A stretch of 63,942 nucleotides of DNA, counting the filler, from Octopus bimaculoides (Eukaryota): NCBI RefSeq assembly GCF_001194135.2. It is 6 parts of 6 records of this genome, joined end to end, with 100 filler letters (N's around TTAATTAATTAA, not from the genome) between each part and the next. Parts side by side here need not be neighbours in the genome. Positions count along the whole stretch, not along the records: positions 1 to 4,331 come from NC_068991.1; positions 4,432 to 29,359 come from NC_068985.1; 4 more parts are not named here. One strand, 5' to 3'. This document shows, piece after piece, positions 1-11,163 of this stretch (position 1 is the first letter of the stretch; every line of letters begins with the position of its first letter). The translations under genes and the position numbers were made by a program. A model generated the notes under the pieces. The model ran no database searches. It was not told the DNA's origin and saw nothing but the letters and a program-made list of their open reading frames with translations.

Positions 1-13
1 TATATATATATAT

Positions 14-47
<34 letters not shown>

Positions 48-753
48 TTACGTGAATATAGATATGTATGTGGTTATTTGTGCGTATGTGTCTGCATATG
101 CGTATGCCTTTGTGTGTATGTGTGTGTGTGTGTGCATGCGCACACACACACACACACACAAGCTCAGAAACCTATAAAAAAAAACAAAAAAGACGTATGT
201 ATATCAGTCATTCACCGCATAAAACAATTAAAACTGCACAACCGGCTTCAGAACCTGCGTGGCCAGCCGTCTCCCGCCTATTTGTGCAACGAAGCGCCTA
301 ACGTCTATTACACATCTTTATTTCAATGAACAGAAAAGCAGACAAGAAAGAAGGCGTGTCTACGTATCAGTTGCTATTTCCAGCACGGTTTGTTACTCCA
401 GATGAATAGGATATAAAAGTATTATAGTAAAACTGTGAAGGTGTTTCTCACTGTTGTATGTTCGGACCATTGTACAAATTGACAAGCTCTGTTATTAACC
501 CGCTAAATCGCTTTTTCAACATCGAGGCATTTATTTGCCTTTCGGCTCTAATCTTTCCTGAAATCTGTTCTACTTATGTAGTCGGGTATAATATGATGTA
601 CACCTACCTTCTCATGACAGATATCTGTATATATATATATATATATATACGCACATACGTGCATACACAGAAACAAATGTTCAATACTATATACAGATAT
701 ATCTACATTCTCACATGCTAAGGTGTATGCGCTGCATGTATGTGGGTATACGT

Positions 754-813
<60 letters not shown>

Positions 814-853
814 TTGTATAAACATATATATATATGAGGGTGTGTGTGTACAT

Positions 854-1017
854 GCACAGGAGTGGGTGTGTGGTAAGGAGATAGTTTTCCAACCACTTGT
901 TTCTGGGTTCAGTCCCACTGCGTGACACATTGATCGAGTGGCTTCTAATATGGCCTCGTGCCAACCAAAGCATTGTAAGTGGATTCGGTAGACGGAAACT
1001 GAAAGAAGTCCGTCATC

Positions 1018-1067
<50 letters not shown>

Positions 1068-1500
1068 NNNNNNNNNNNNNNNNNNNNNNNNNNNNNNNNN
1101 NNNNNNNNNNNNNNNNNNNNNNNNNNNNNNNNNNNNNNNNNNNNNNNNNNNNNNNNNNNNNNNNNNNNNNNNNNNNNNNNNNNNNNNNNNNNNNNNNNNN
1201 NNNNNNNNNNNNNNNNNNNNNNNNNNNNNNNNNNNNNNNNNNNNNNNNNNTATATATATATATATATATATATATCTTCGCATGTATGTGAGTGTGTGTC
1301 TTTGTGTCTGTGTATGTCCATCACCAGCGCTTCACAACCGATGTTGGTCTGTTTACGCCCTCGAAACTTATAGGTTCGGCAAAAGAGACCGATAGAATAA
1401 GTACTAGGCTTACAAAGAACAGGTTCTGGTGTCGATTTGTTCGACTAAACGCGTTGCTCCAGCATGGTCGCAGTCAAATGAGTGAAACAAATAAAAGAAT
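854..1500 (+). mobile_element. tRNA-derived SINE, family B (internal microsatellite), full length across an N gap
   Basis: Head GCACAGGAGTGGGTGTGTGGTAAG...GGTTCAGTCCCACTGCG (A/B-box-like), internal (TA)n plus gap, 3' body ...GACCGATAGAATAAGTACTAGGCTTACAAAG...CAGTCAAATGAGTGAAACAAATAAAAGAAT shared with many copies in the window. Confidence 0.85.
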
Positions 1501-1569
1501 ATATATATATATATGCATGCATGTATGTATGTATGTATGTATGTATGTATGAATGTGTATATCAGTAAC

Positions 1570-1756
1570 TTTTATCCGTTTCGGTCATTGAATTTCGCCC
1601 ATGCTGGGGCAGCGCCTTGAAGAGCTCAGTCAAAGAAATCGATCCCTGGAATTACCTTTAAAGTGTGACAGGTATTCTACCCGACCTCTTTTGCCGAGCT
1701 ACAAAATTCCGGGTACTTAAAGCAGCCAAATCCGGTTATCCGGTTAATAGCACAAA

Positions 1757-1801
<45 letters not shown>

Positions 1802-1944
1802 GCACGCATACCATAAAATAATTTCACTCACTGCTGTGTTGGGGCTATAGTAGACGACCCATGCTCAAGGTGCCACGCACTGTAACTGAACCCCGAAGCA
1901 AGTGGTTGCAACGCCAGCTTCTTAACGCGTGGCTATGCTTGCAC
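1570..1944 (-). mobile_element. SINE family B, diverged copy
   Basis: Reverse complement of the family B tail (tttcggtcattg...catgctgg), internal (CA)n and head (ggtgccacgcactgtaactgaacccc). Confidence 0.75.
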
Positions 1945-1965
1945 TTATATGTTTATATGCATATT

Positions 1966-2194
1966 GGCGGTGAGTTGATAGAATCGTTAGCACGCCGACG
2001 AAATGCCTAGCGGTATTTCGTCTGCTGTTACGTTCTGAGTTCAAATTCTGTCGAGGTCAACTTTACCTTTCATCATTTCGGGGTAGATTAAATAAATGCC
2101 AGTTACGCACTGAGTTCGATGTAATCGATTTAATCCCTTTTCCTGTCATTGTTTGTCCCCTCTACCCTTAGCCCCTTGTGGGCAATAAACAAAT
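1966..2194 (+). mobile_element. tRNA-derived SINE, family A
   Basis: GGCGGTGAGTTGATAGAATCGTTAGC...GTTCTGAGTTCAAATTC (B-box)...CCCCTTGTGGGCAATAAACAAATA; matches other copies. Confidence 0.85.
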
Positions 2195-2216
2195 ATGTTT
2201 GTATGCATATATATAC

Positions 2217-2263
<47 letters not shown>

Positions 2264-2265
<2 letters not shown>

Positions 2266-2495
2266 ATGTCTTTACTGCCCACAAGGGGCTACACACAGTG
2301 GGGACAAACAAGGACAGACAAACGGATTAAGTCGATTACATCGACCCCTGTGCGTAACTGGTACTTAATTTATCGACCCCGAAAGGATGAAAGGTAAAAT
2401 CGGCCTCGGCGGAATTTGAACTCAGAACGTAACGGCAAACGAAATATTTCTAAGCATTTCGCCCGGTGTACTAACGTCTCTGCCAGCTCACCGCC
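2264..2495 (-). mobile_element. SINE family A, inserted in (ATCT)n
   Basis: Near-consensus reverse copy ending tgccagctcaccgcc, flanked by ATCT repeats on both sides. Confidence 0.9.
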
Positions 2496-2498
2496 TTC

Positions 2499-2542
<44 letters not shown>

Positions 2543-2679
2543 CATATATGCACACACGCACATGCACACACGCGCGCACACACACACAGTGCAAATTTAT
2601 AAAAAAAGACAAAGACGAAGACAAGTAAAGGAACAACAAGCGAGTGTATTAGTTTGACGCTCCGGAAAAATGGGAAAAG

Positions 2680-2716
2680 TCCTTTACATTTCGAGCCTAC
2701 GCTCTTCAGCAGAAAG
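2680..2716 (-). ncRNA. Degenerate minimal hammerhead-like motif (Penelope-type repeat)
   Basis: Minus strand CUGCUGA-A-GAGC(GUAG)GCUC-GAAA: stem II and GAAA intact, core A6 altered, stem III altered. Confidence 0.35.
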
Positions 2717-3256
2717 AAATAAGTGGAAATAAATTGAGAGAGAATGAAAAAAAAAATTGTGTTGAGTTCAGTAATCCCACACGCAAGTCCTCAATGCAAG
2801 ACTCGTAATTCTGCACAAACNNNNNNNNNNNNNNNNNNNNNNNNNNNNNNNNNNNNNNNNNNNNNNNNNNNNNNNNNNNNNNNNNNNNNNNNNNNNNNNN
2901 NNNNNNNNNNNNNNNNNNNNNNNNNNNNNNNNNNNNNNNNNNNNNNNNNNNNNNNNNNNNNNNNNNNNNNNNNNNNNNNNNNNNNNNNNNNNNNNNNNNN
3001 NNNNNNNNNNNNNNNNNNNNNNNNNNNNNNNNNNNNNNNNNNNNNNNNNNNNNNNNNNNNNNNNNNNNNNNNNNNNNNNNNNNNNNNNNNNNNNNNNNNN
3101 NNNNNNNNNNNNNNNNNNNNNNNNNNNNNNNNNNNNNNNNNNNNNNNNNNNNNNNNNNNNNNNNNNNNNNNNNNNNNNNNNNNNNNNNNNNNNNNNNNNN
3201 NNNNNNNNNNNNNNNNNNNNNNNNNNNNNNNNNNNNNNNNNNNNNNNNNNATATAT

Positions 3257-3452
3257 ATGTCTTTGTGTGTCTGTGCTTGTCCTCCCAACCATCGCTTGAC
3301 AACCGATATTGGTGTGTTTACAGTTCGGCAAAGCGGGGATGATAGAATAAGTACGAAGCTTACAAAAAATAAGTCTTGGGGTCGATTTGTTCGACTATAG
3401 GTGGTGCTCCAGCATGGGCGCAGTCAAACGACTGAAGCAAGTAAAACGAAAA
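3257..3452 (+). mobile_element. SINE family B, 3' half (head lost in N gap)
   Basis: gcttgacaaccgatattggtgtgtttac...cagtcaaacgactgaagcaagtaaaacg. Confidence 0.8.
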
Positions 3453-3730
3453 AGAATTTAGAAAGCGTTCTTATAGAATCTTACGCTTGCTTGAACAGAA
3501 GTAAAGTAGCCGGAAAGATCTTTTGTTATGTCCGTGTCAACATTGACCAGGTCAGCTGAAGCCGGCATAATTGCACCGAATGGCTTCTTTGTGACATTGT
3601 TGACGAGGTTGCNNNNNNNNNNAAAAAAAAAAAAAAAAAAAAAAAAAAGAAAAACGAAAAGAAACAAAACAACTCCTCCAGTCTATAACACATCACCTTC
3701 ACGCACTTGGGAAAAATAAAGATATTGACA

Positions 3731-3753
3731 CAATCATCATCACCACCATCATC

Positions 3754-3799
<46 letters not shown>

Positions 3800-3803
3800 C
3801 CAC

Positions 3804-3853
<50 letters not shown>

Positions 3854-3859
3854 CCATCG

Positions 3860-3930
<71 letters not shown>
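3731..3930. repeat. (ATC)n microsatellite
   Basis: About 200 bp of near-pure catcatcat with occasional cac. Confidence 0.95.
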
Positions 3931-3933
<3 letters not shown>

Positions 3934-4230
3934 CTTGCTCGTTAATTATTACGTTCCGAGTTCTTTTACAAGGCGTAGAAAAACTGAAGGACGGCTGCAA
4001 TAAGCGTGTGGACCTGTCAGGGGGATATGTTGAATAAAATCCGAAGTAACTGATCCTCCTGTATTTTCTTTTACCCAGAGCCAGGAACTATTCAGCGCAC
4101 CCTCGTATGTACATATATATATGTATATATATATATAGTTCAAAAACACAATAACAAAAAAACAAAAAACAACAAAGTGAGGACGTGATATGGATAGTAT
4201 TATTGGACGCTCAGGAAAGGAAAGAGAGAG

Positions 4231-4266
4231 TGTATGACGTTTCGGGCGTAGCCCTTCGTCGGAAAG
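4231..4266 (-). ncRNA. Degenerate minimal hammerhead-like motif (Penelope-type repeat)
   Basis: Minus strand CCGACGA-A-GGGC(UAC)GCCC-GAAA-CGUC: stem II, GAAA, palindromic ACGU and GUC site present; U4 is C and stem I does not pair. Context resembles 2650-2716. Confidence 0.4.
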
Positions 4267-4331
4267 ATGGAAAGTTCGGAGAATGGAAGAACGGAGAAAG
4301 AGGAAAATGGTACCGATGCCCACGAGGTTAC

Positions 4332-4431
4332 NNNNNNNNNNNNNNNNNNNNNNNNNNNNNNNNNNNNNNNNNNNNTTAATTAATTAANNNNNNNNNNNNN
4401 NNNNNNNNNNNNNNNNNNNNNNNNNNNNNNN
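4332..4431. other. Artificial scaffold join (44 N + TTAATTAATTAA + 44 N)
   Basis: Exactly 100 bp; the 12-mer at 4376-4387 places TAA stops in all six frames; identical cassette occurs five times. Confidence 0.95.
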
Positions 4432-4498
4432 GGGGCTAAAAGCAACAGTAACATCCACCCCTAGGGGTCAGCCACACTTAAGTGGCAATATACTACAC

Positions 4499-4543
<45 letters not shown>

Positions 4544-4635
4544 TATTCTTATTGGTAGTTATTATAATCATAAGCTGTTGGAAAAGTAGTTATAAAAACA
4601 ATAATAAGGGCGTCAACATTTGGTACAGGGTCAGA

Positions 4636-4795
4636 AGTTTTTGAGGACTACATCGGCCCCAACAATTTACTAACACTTTTTGATTTTTTACCAACACGAA
4701 AAGGTTGAAAAGCAAAGTCGATTGGTGTAATTTCATCTCAGAACGAAATGTCGCTAAGCAATTTTTCCGGTGTGCTCACGATTTTGCTAGCTCGC
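4636..4795 (-). mobile_element. SINE family A, old degenerate copy
   Basis: aaaagcaaagtcgat...ctcagaacg...gctaagcaatttttccggtgtgctcacgattttgctagctcgcc. Confidence 0.65.
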
Positions 4796-5253
4796 CTTGA
4801 AGATGGCAATGATAGTAGTTCTTTTATTTGCCATCCAGGCGACGAACATTGAGGGAAAGATCTAAGGTAGGTAACCTGTAATCATAGATGGACAGAATGA
4901 AATTACAGCAAAGGGATATTTCAAAACCGATTTCATACTACCTCAGGTAATTTCAATGCGATTTCAAGTTACCGGAAGCAAACCTGAAACAGGGGTGCAT
5001 GGTGGTAACCTGAAAGCGATTGGCCAGCAGAATTTTGAAAAAAACAGAAACAAAAAACGACAGAAGTGAACTTGTTTGTATGGCTGTTTGGTATGCTGTA
5101 CGCATTAGAATATACTTAGATAAGCCCTATTCTTTCAAGGATACTAAACCACTACATCGAGAGAGGATGGATTGGCGTTATAAATGTTACATACTTACAC
5201 ACATGTAAGTATGCATACATGCATACTTATATGTGTGTGCGTGCGTGTGTGTG

Positions 5254-5300
<47 letters not shown>

Positions 5301-6613
5301 TTATGAGACACATAGTAGACAAGTTACAAATGCAATTAGACAAGTGATGGATTGTGACTGCAAAAGCATTGAAATATAAAGTGGAAACAAAACAATTAAT
5401 GGACATGTACAATGAAGATAAATATGCTAAATTAAGACACTGAAATGATTAAGAGGGCAAGAGAAAAGAGAAAGATATTTTATTTGCTTTCAAGAAGTTT
5501 ATATTCATAGCAAATCTATAAAGATGTATACACACTGATATACACATATTAACTTAAGCTTAGATATGTTAACGGCATGTATATGCCCAGCACATACCAT
5601 AAAGTAATTTAAATTATGTTAAAATCACATTTTGTGTCTCTATTGCCCACACGATTATGGTGTTTTTGGTGGAAACATGATGTCAGACAAAGCACCTGTG
5701 TTAGTGATTTGCTTCGTTTCGAAGGAGAGAATTCTCTGGGTATCATCTGAAGGTTACAAAGACTTTTCCTTCCTTGAATCTTTTCGAGTCATTATCAAGT
5801 AAAATAGGATCAGTTTAGGCGAAATAATGGTTTTACAGTTTATATTTAAAATATGATTCAGAGCAACGACAATGTGACACAGGTTCATTAGAATATATGC
5901 ATGTATGTATGTATGTATGGATGGATGGATGGATGGATGGGTGGATGTATGTGTGTTTGTATGCATGTATGTATGTATGTATGTATGTATGCATGTATGC
6001 NNNNNNNNNNNNNNNNNNNNNNNNNNNNNNNNNNNNNNNNNNNNNNNNNNNNNNNNNNNNNNNNNNNNNNNNNNNNNNNNNNNNNNNNNNNNNNNNNNNN
6101 NNNNNNNNNNNNNNNNNNNNNNNNNNNNNNNNNNNNNNNNNNNNNNNNNNNNNNNNNNNNNNNNNNNNNNNNNNNNNNNNNNNNNNNNNNNNNNNNNNNN
6201 NNNNNNNNNNNNNNNNNNNNNNNNNNNNNNNNNNNNNNNNNNNNNNNNNNNNNNNNNNNNNNNNNNNNNNNNNNNNNNNNNNNNNNNNNNNNNNNNNNNN
6301 NNNNNNNNNNNNNNNNNNNNNNNNNNNNNNNNNNNNNNNNNNNNNNNNNACATTACATTCGATGACAATATTTGTCACACTATCTTAGCCGTAAATCCAG
6401 CACCTTGCTAATTTCAAACACTTGTTGTCTTTACCTAACCGAGACTGATGTTTTAATTTTAGTTTCTCGAAAAATGCAGGCTCATCGCATAACTCCTAAC
6501 TCCTCTCCTATTCTATATCTCAAACAATTTGTTCCACCATTTAAACACAAAATTCCCAAATATTTACATATCTACTTCAATGTTCATATTATGTATATTT
6601 ATATATATATATA

Positions 6614-6910
6614 TATAGTTTTAGCGAAAAGAACCAAGTTTCAAGAACTCATCGATGAAAATCCACTATCACATATAGAAAAATTTACAATTAAAAGCAC
6701 AATAAATGAGTATAATATAAAAGAAAGTAAATATCATAAGATAAAGATAATATTATCTTGACTTCTTGAAATTTGGTTCTTTTCCCTAAAACTATATATG
6801 TTTATATATATTTTAATCTATAAAGCTCAATTTAATTTAGATTTTTTATAAATTAATTTTAATTGAGTTTTTACCTTTAATTTTGGATTTTGTCCCTATT
6901 ATTATTCATT
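6614..6910. mobile_element. Fold-back interspersed repeat, copy 1 (same family as 45262-45505)
   Basis: 34-bp inverted repeat 6614-6647 / 6763-6796 with 2 mismatches, followed by a tail of about 110 bp shared with the 45 kb copy. Confidence 0.75.
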
Positions 6911-8113
6911 GTACAGTAGTAAATAGAACTCATGGAAAGTATTACATATGTTGCTAGGTACAGCGAATCGCCCTATGTGTGATGGTGTTTGGCTCATAAT
7001 AAATACTGATTCAATATCTATGTACTGAAATGTTCAGTATCGAAGCCGTAACAGCTTAACTACTGGCATGTCTTCGTACCTATGACATTATTATACATTA
7101 GATCCAGTGATTATAATATTCTCAATTACATTCACAATACGAAAGTAAAATATAAGTCGCGCATATCTCAAGATTTTACCCGACAATTTGATCATATAAT
7201 TTACATTATACAACATATAATGACATTTGTTAATGAAAAGCGCGCAAGCTGTTAGAATCTAATATCTTATGAGCAGTCTATTTTATGTCTTCTGACTCTG
7301 CCATACTGCTCCCTACCTATCTCTATTTACCTCATTGTGTCTGTCGCTGTGTGTCTGTCTGTCTGTCGCTGGATGTGCAAATACACATCTATATGCACAG
7401 ACATGCGAAAACGCGAGCACACACCCACACACGCTCACACATACACACGCGTATATTTACACCTATTAGAATTTGAGGGAAACATTGAGGGAAACATTGA
7501 GCGGCATGATTCAAACTAAAATTCTTCAAAAGGGGATAAATATACTGCAAAATAAAAACTAGTGTACCAATAAAGACAAGGCGGGAGCTTGTACTTTAAA
7601 TCATATTTCAACATTTTGGGGGTTAAAACTCATTCATCAGAAGAAAATGGAAGGTGGGCATCGAGTGCTTATATTTTTCTCGGATTTGTGGGGAGAGTAG
7701 AAATTATGACATCTACAGAACGACATAATTATAATAGTAAATTTGTCATCTCTTTTGTTTTTCTGTGACTTTAGGGCGTGAGCGAGAAAGGTATTCATTG
7801 AACCTTTTTTTTTTCCTGGCGAAGTTGTTTGTGTTAACCCCAAAATATAGAAATAAAGGTGAAGTGCTACTCTGAGGGTAAGTCCTAATTATTGGTATTA
7901 GATAATGCTGGTCACCGTTGGTAGAATCCAAACAGGAATGAGAAGAAAAGAAGGCGGGACAAAGTTATGCAGATAGTTTCCTACACCCGTTTCCATAATG
8001 CACAAGCAGGTGGTGCATTTCCTTGTAAGCGATCGACAACCAACAGTATAGTTGTGATTGGCCAGATAATATTCGTTATTCTATTACACACTCACGAACA
8101 CCACATACGCGCG

Positions 8114-8157
<44 letters not shown>

Positions 8158-10015
8158 NNNNNNNNNNNNNNNNNNNNNNNNNNNNNNNNNNNNNNNNNNN
8201 NNNNNNNNNNNNNNNNNNNNNNNNNNNNNNNNNNNNNNNNNNNNNNNNNNNNNNNNNNNNNNNNNNNNNNNNNNNNNNNNNNNNNNNNNNNNNNNNNNNN
8301 NNNNNNNNNNNNNNNNNNNNNNNNNNNNNNNNNNNNNNNNNNNNNNNNNNNNNNNNNNNNNNNNNNNNNNNNNNNNNNNNNNNNNNNNNNNNNNNNNNNN
8401 NNNNNNNNNNNNNNNNNNNNNNNNNNNNNNNNNNNNNNNNNNNNNNNNNNNNNNNNNNNNNNNNNNNNNNNNNNNNNNNNNNNNNNNNNNNNNNNNNNNN
8501 NNNNNNNNNNNNNNNNNNNNNNNNNNNNNNNNNNNNNNNNNNNNNNNNNNNNNNNNNNNNNNNNNNNNNNNNNNNNNNNNNNNNNNNNNNNNNNNNNNNN
8601 NNNNNNNNNNNNNNNNNNNNNNNNNNNNNNNNNNNNNNNNNNNNNNNNNNNNNNNNNNNNNNNNNNNNNNNNNNNNNNNNNNNNNNNNNNNNNNNNNNNN
8701 NNNNNNNNNNNNNNNNNNNNNNNNNNNNNNNNNNNNNNNNNNNNNNNNNNNNNNNNNNNNNNNNNNNNNNNNNNNNNNNNNNNNNNNNNNNNNNNNNNNN
8801 NNNNNNNNNNNNNNNNNNNNNNNNNNNNNNNNNNNNNNNNNNNNNNNNNNNNNNNNNNNNNNNNNNNNNNNNNNNNNTATCTATTTGTTTTTTTTTTGTC
8901 TGTCGGTCTATCTATTTGTCGGTCGGTCTTTACCTCTCTCTTTCTCTTTTTTCTGTGTATGTATTTGTGTTTGTGTGTGTGTGTATACATATACACATAT
9001 ATTCATGTATATATGTATATATATATATATTCATATATGTGTCTATGTAAATACACACATATCTATATATACAAAAGAAACATATGTACACACGCATACA
9101 TAAATATGCTAACGTACACATATATACATACATATAAGTACGTATATGTATGTATATATCCATATACACAGGTATGTTGCTCATCCCAGTCATATACACC
9201 CATGCTAATCGGCTTCTTTTCTATCTATCTATCTATCTATCTATGCATACGTATGTTTATAAAAGTAACTATCTATTTACTTATCTGTTTGTCTATGTTT
9301 CTATCTTTCATATTGTCTATGTTTCTTTATATTTCTATCTCCCTTACATTGTGTGTGTCTCTCACTTTTTCCCCCTCACTCTTCACCTTTCTGTATCAAT
9401 TTCACTCACCGTAACGTTGTCTCAATTCTCACTATCCAATCTTACCTCGTCTAGTTAACTATCTAATCCTGATACTCTACTCTACGAAGCTAGTAAACAC
9501 CCGGCGGCCAAAGTAAAACATAAAGACCGAAGCAAATATACAAAGGAAGAAAGAGAAGAGGAAACGAGAAAAGTTACGAGTTTTCTTTTGATCTGGTTCT
9601 CAACAAGAGTACTTGTTTTGATTGTATTCAAATAGCTAGCACACAACACGATTCTCTTGCACTGACTATAAAGGGCTTTTACTTATTGCAAACGCTAATA
9701 GAACTTCTATTAAGTTTCATCAAAGAGTGCAAAAAAAAAAGAAAAAAATCTTTCAAATTTTCGCGTGCCAATGAATATGAGCGCTCGCATATAGGGAGTG
9801 AGTTAATTTCGCGAGACGGCGTGTGACTATTCGGAGGTAAGTGCCAGTGTATGCAAATAAGTGTGCCACGTGTGTGAGTAGAGAGGGAAACAGAGGAAGA
9901 GAGAGAGAGAGGGGGGTATAAAAGAGAGTGAAAGAGAAAAAGGGAGACAGATGAGTGTGTGTAGATATATTGTATATGCGTGTATGCTTATGGATAAGGA
10001 TATATATATATCCAT

Positions 10016-10079
<64 letters not shown>

Positions 10080-10362
10080 NNNNNNNNNNNNNNNNNNNNN
10101 NNNNNNNNNNNNNNNNNNNNNNNNNNNNNNNNNNNNNNNNNNNNNNNNNNNNNNNNNNNNNNNNNNNNNNNNNNNNNNNNNNNNNNNNNNNNNNNNNNNN
10201 NNNNNNNNNNNNNNNNNNNNNNNNNNNNNNNNNNNNNNNNNNNNNNNNNNNNNNNNNNNNNNNNNNNNNNNNNNNNNNNNNNNNNNNNNNNNNNNNNNNN
10301 NNNNNNNNNNNNNNNNNNNNNNNNNNNNNNNNNNNNNNNNNNNNNNNNNNNNNNNNNNNNNN

Positions 10363-10432
<70 letters not shown>

Positions 10433-11126
10433 TGTGTGTGTGTGCATCGGTAGTTACCATGTATAAGTATGCAGCACACGTGGAATTTCGATGCGTATAT
10501 ATATTCAGAATTGTAATCTCTAAGTACCTATCTATGAATTTATGTATTTCAGGTTACTAGTAATAATGTAACCGAGTACAACCAGCCGTAACCTTGATCG
10601 ATAAGGAAATTGATTTTTGTTGGACATTCTGATGCAAAGATATAAAGAAAATGCTTAAGCCTTTATTAAAACAACTCTCTAAAGAAAATAAAAGATGATG
10701 CGACTTCTTATGCATCCAATGATATACACTAATCCTTGTTAGTAGAAAAATGGATACGTTATTCAGAGAGTGAGTTTGTCTTTGTACATTGCCTTTCCTC
10801 ATTGTAAAACGCTTCAAGAACGTGCATCGCTTAATTTTTATCATCTCTATTAACATCTCCATTATAGATTGTGTAATATCGCTGACTGTAGCCAAAAGGG
10901 CAAAACACGTAACGAACAATTCCATGACGGAATGAAGGCGTGTGTTGACCTGGGTTGTAAACCCTCTGAACATCTACTGCAAGAGGCGCCCATGGTCATC
11001 AGAAATGCGAAAAGGTGTGTAATAAGATTGAAAATCCACATGCGTTAAGCTCGCGTTTAAGAGGAAAATTAATCAGTGGCATCGCTCAAGAGGCAGTGAT
11101 CAAATAGTAATGATCAAGTAGTCATA

Positions 11127-11163
<37 letters not shown>

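Noticed and set aside
3458-3612. Short protein-like minus-strand frame (LVNNVTKKPFGAIMP...)
   Set aside because: Cut by a gap, with no recognisable family or splice sites.
4376-4387. TTAATTAATTAA as a biological palindrome or piggyBac site
   Set aside because: Always centred in exactly 44+44 N; assembly linker.
10557-10973. 138-aa minus-strand ORF, with VNTRLHS faintly like the hAT TRWNS motif
   Set aside because: The invariant Trp is absent, no other hAT motifs or TIRs were seen, and no family was recognised; needs BLAST/HHpred.
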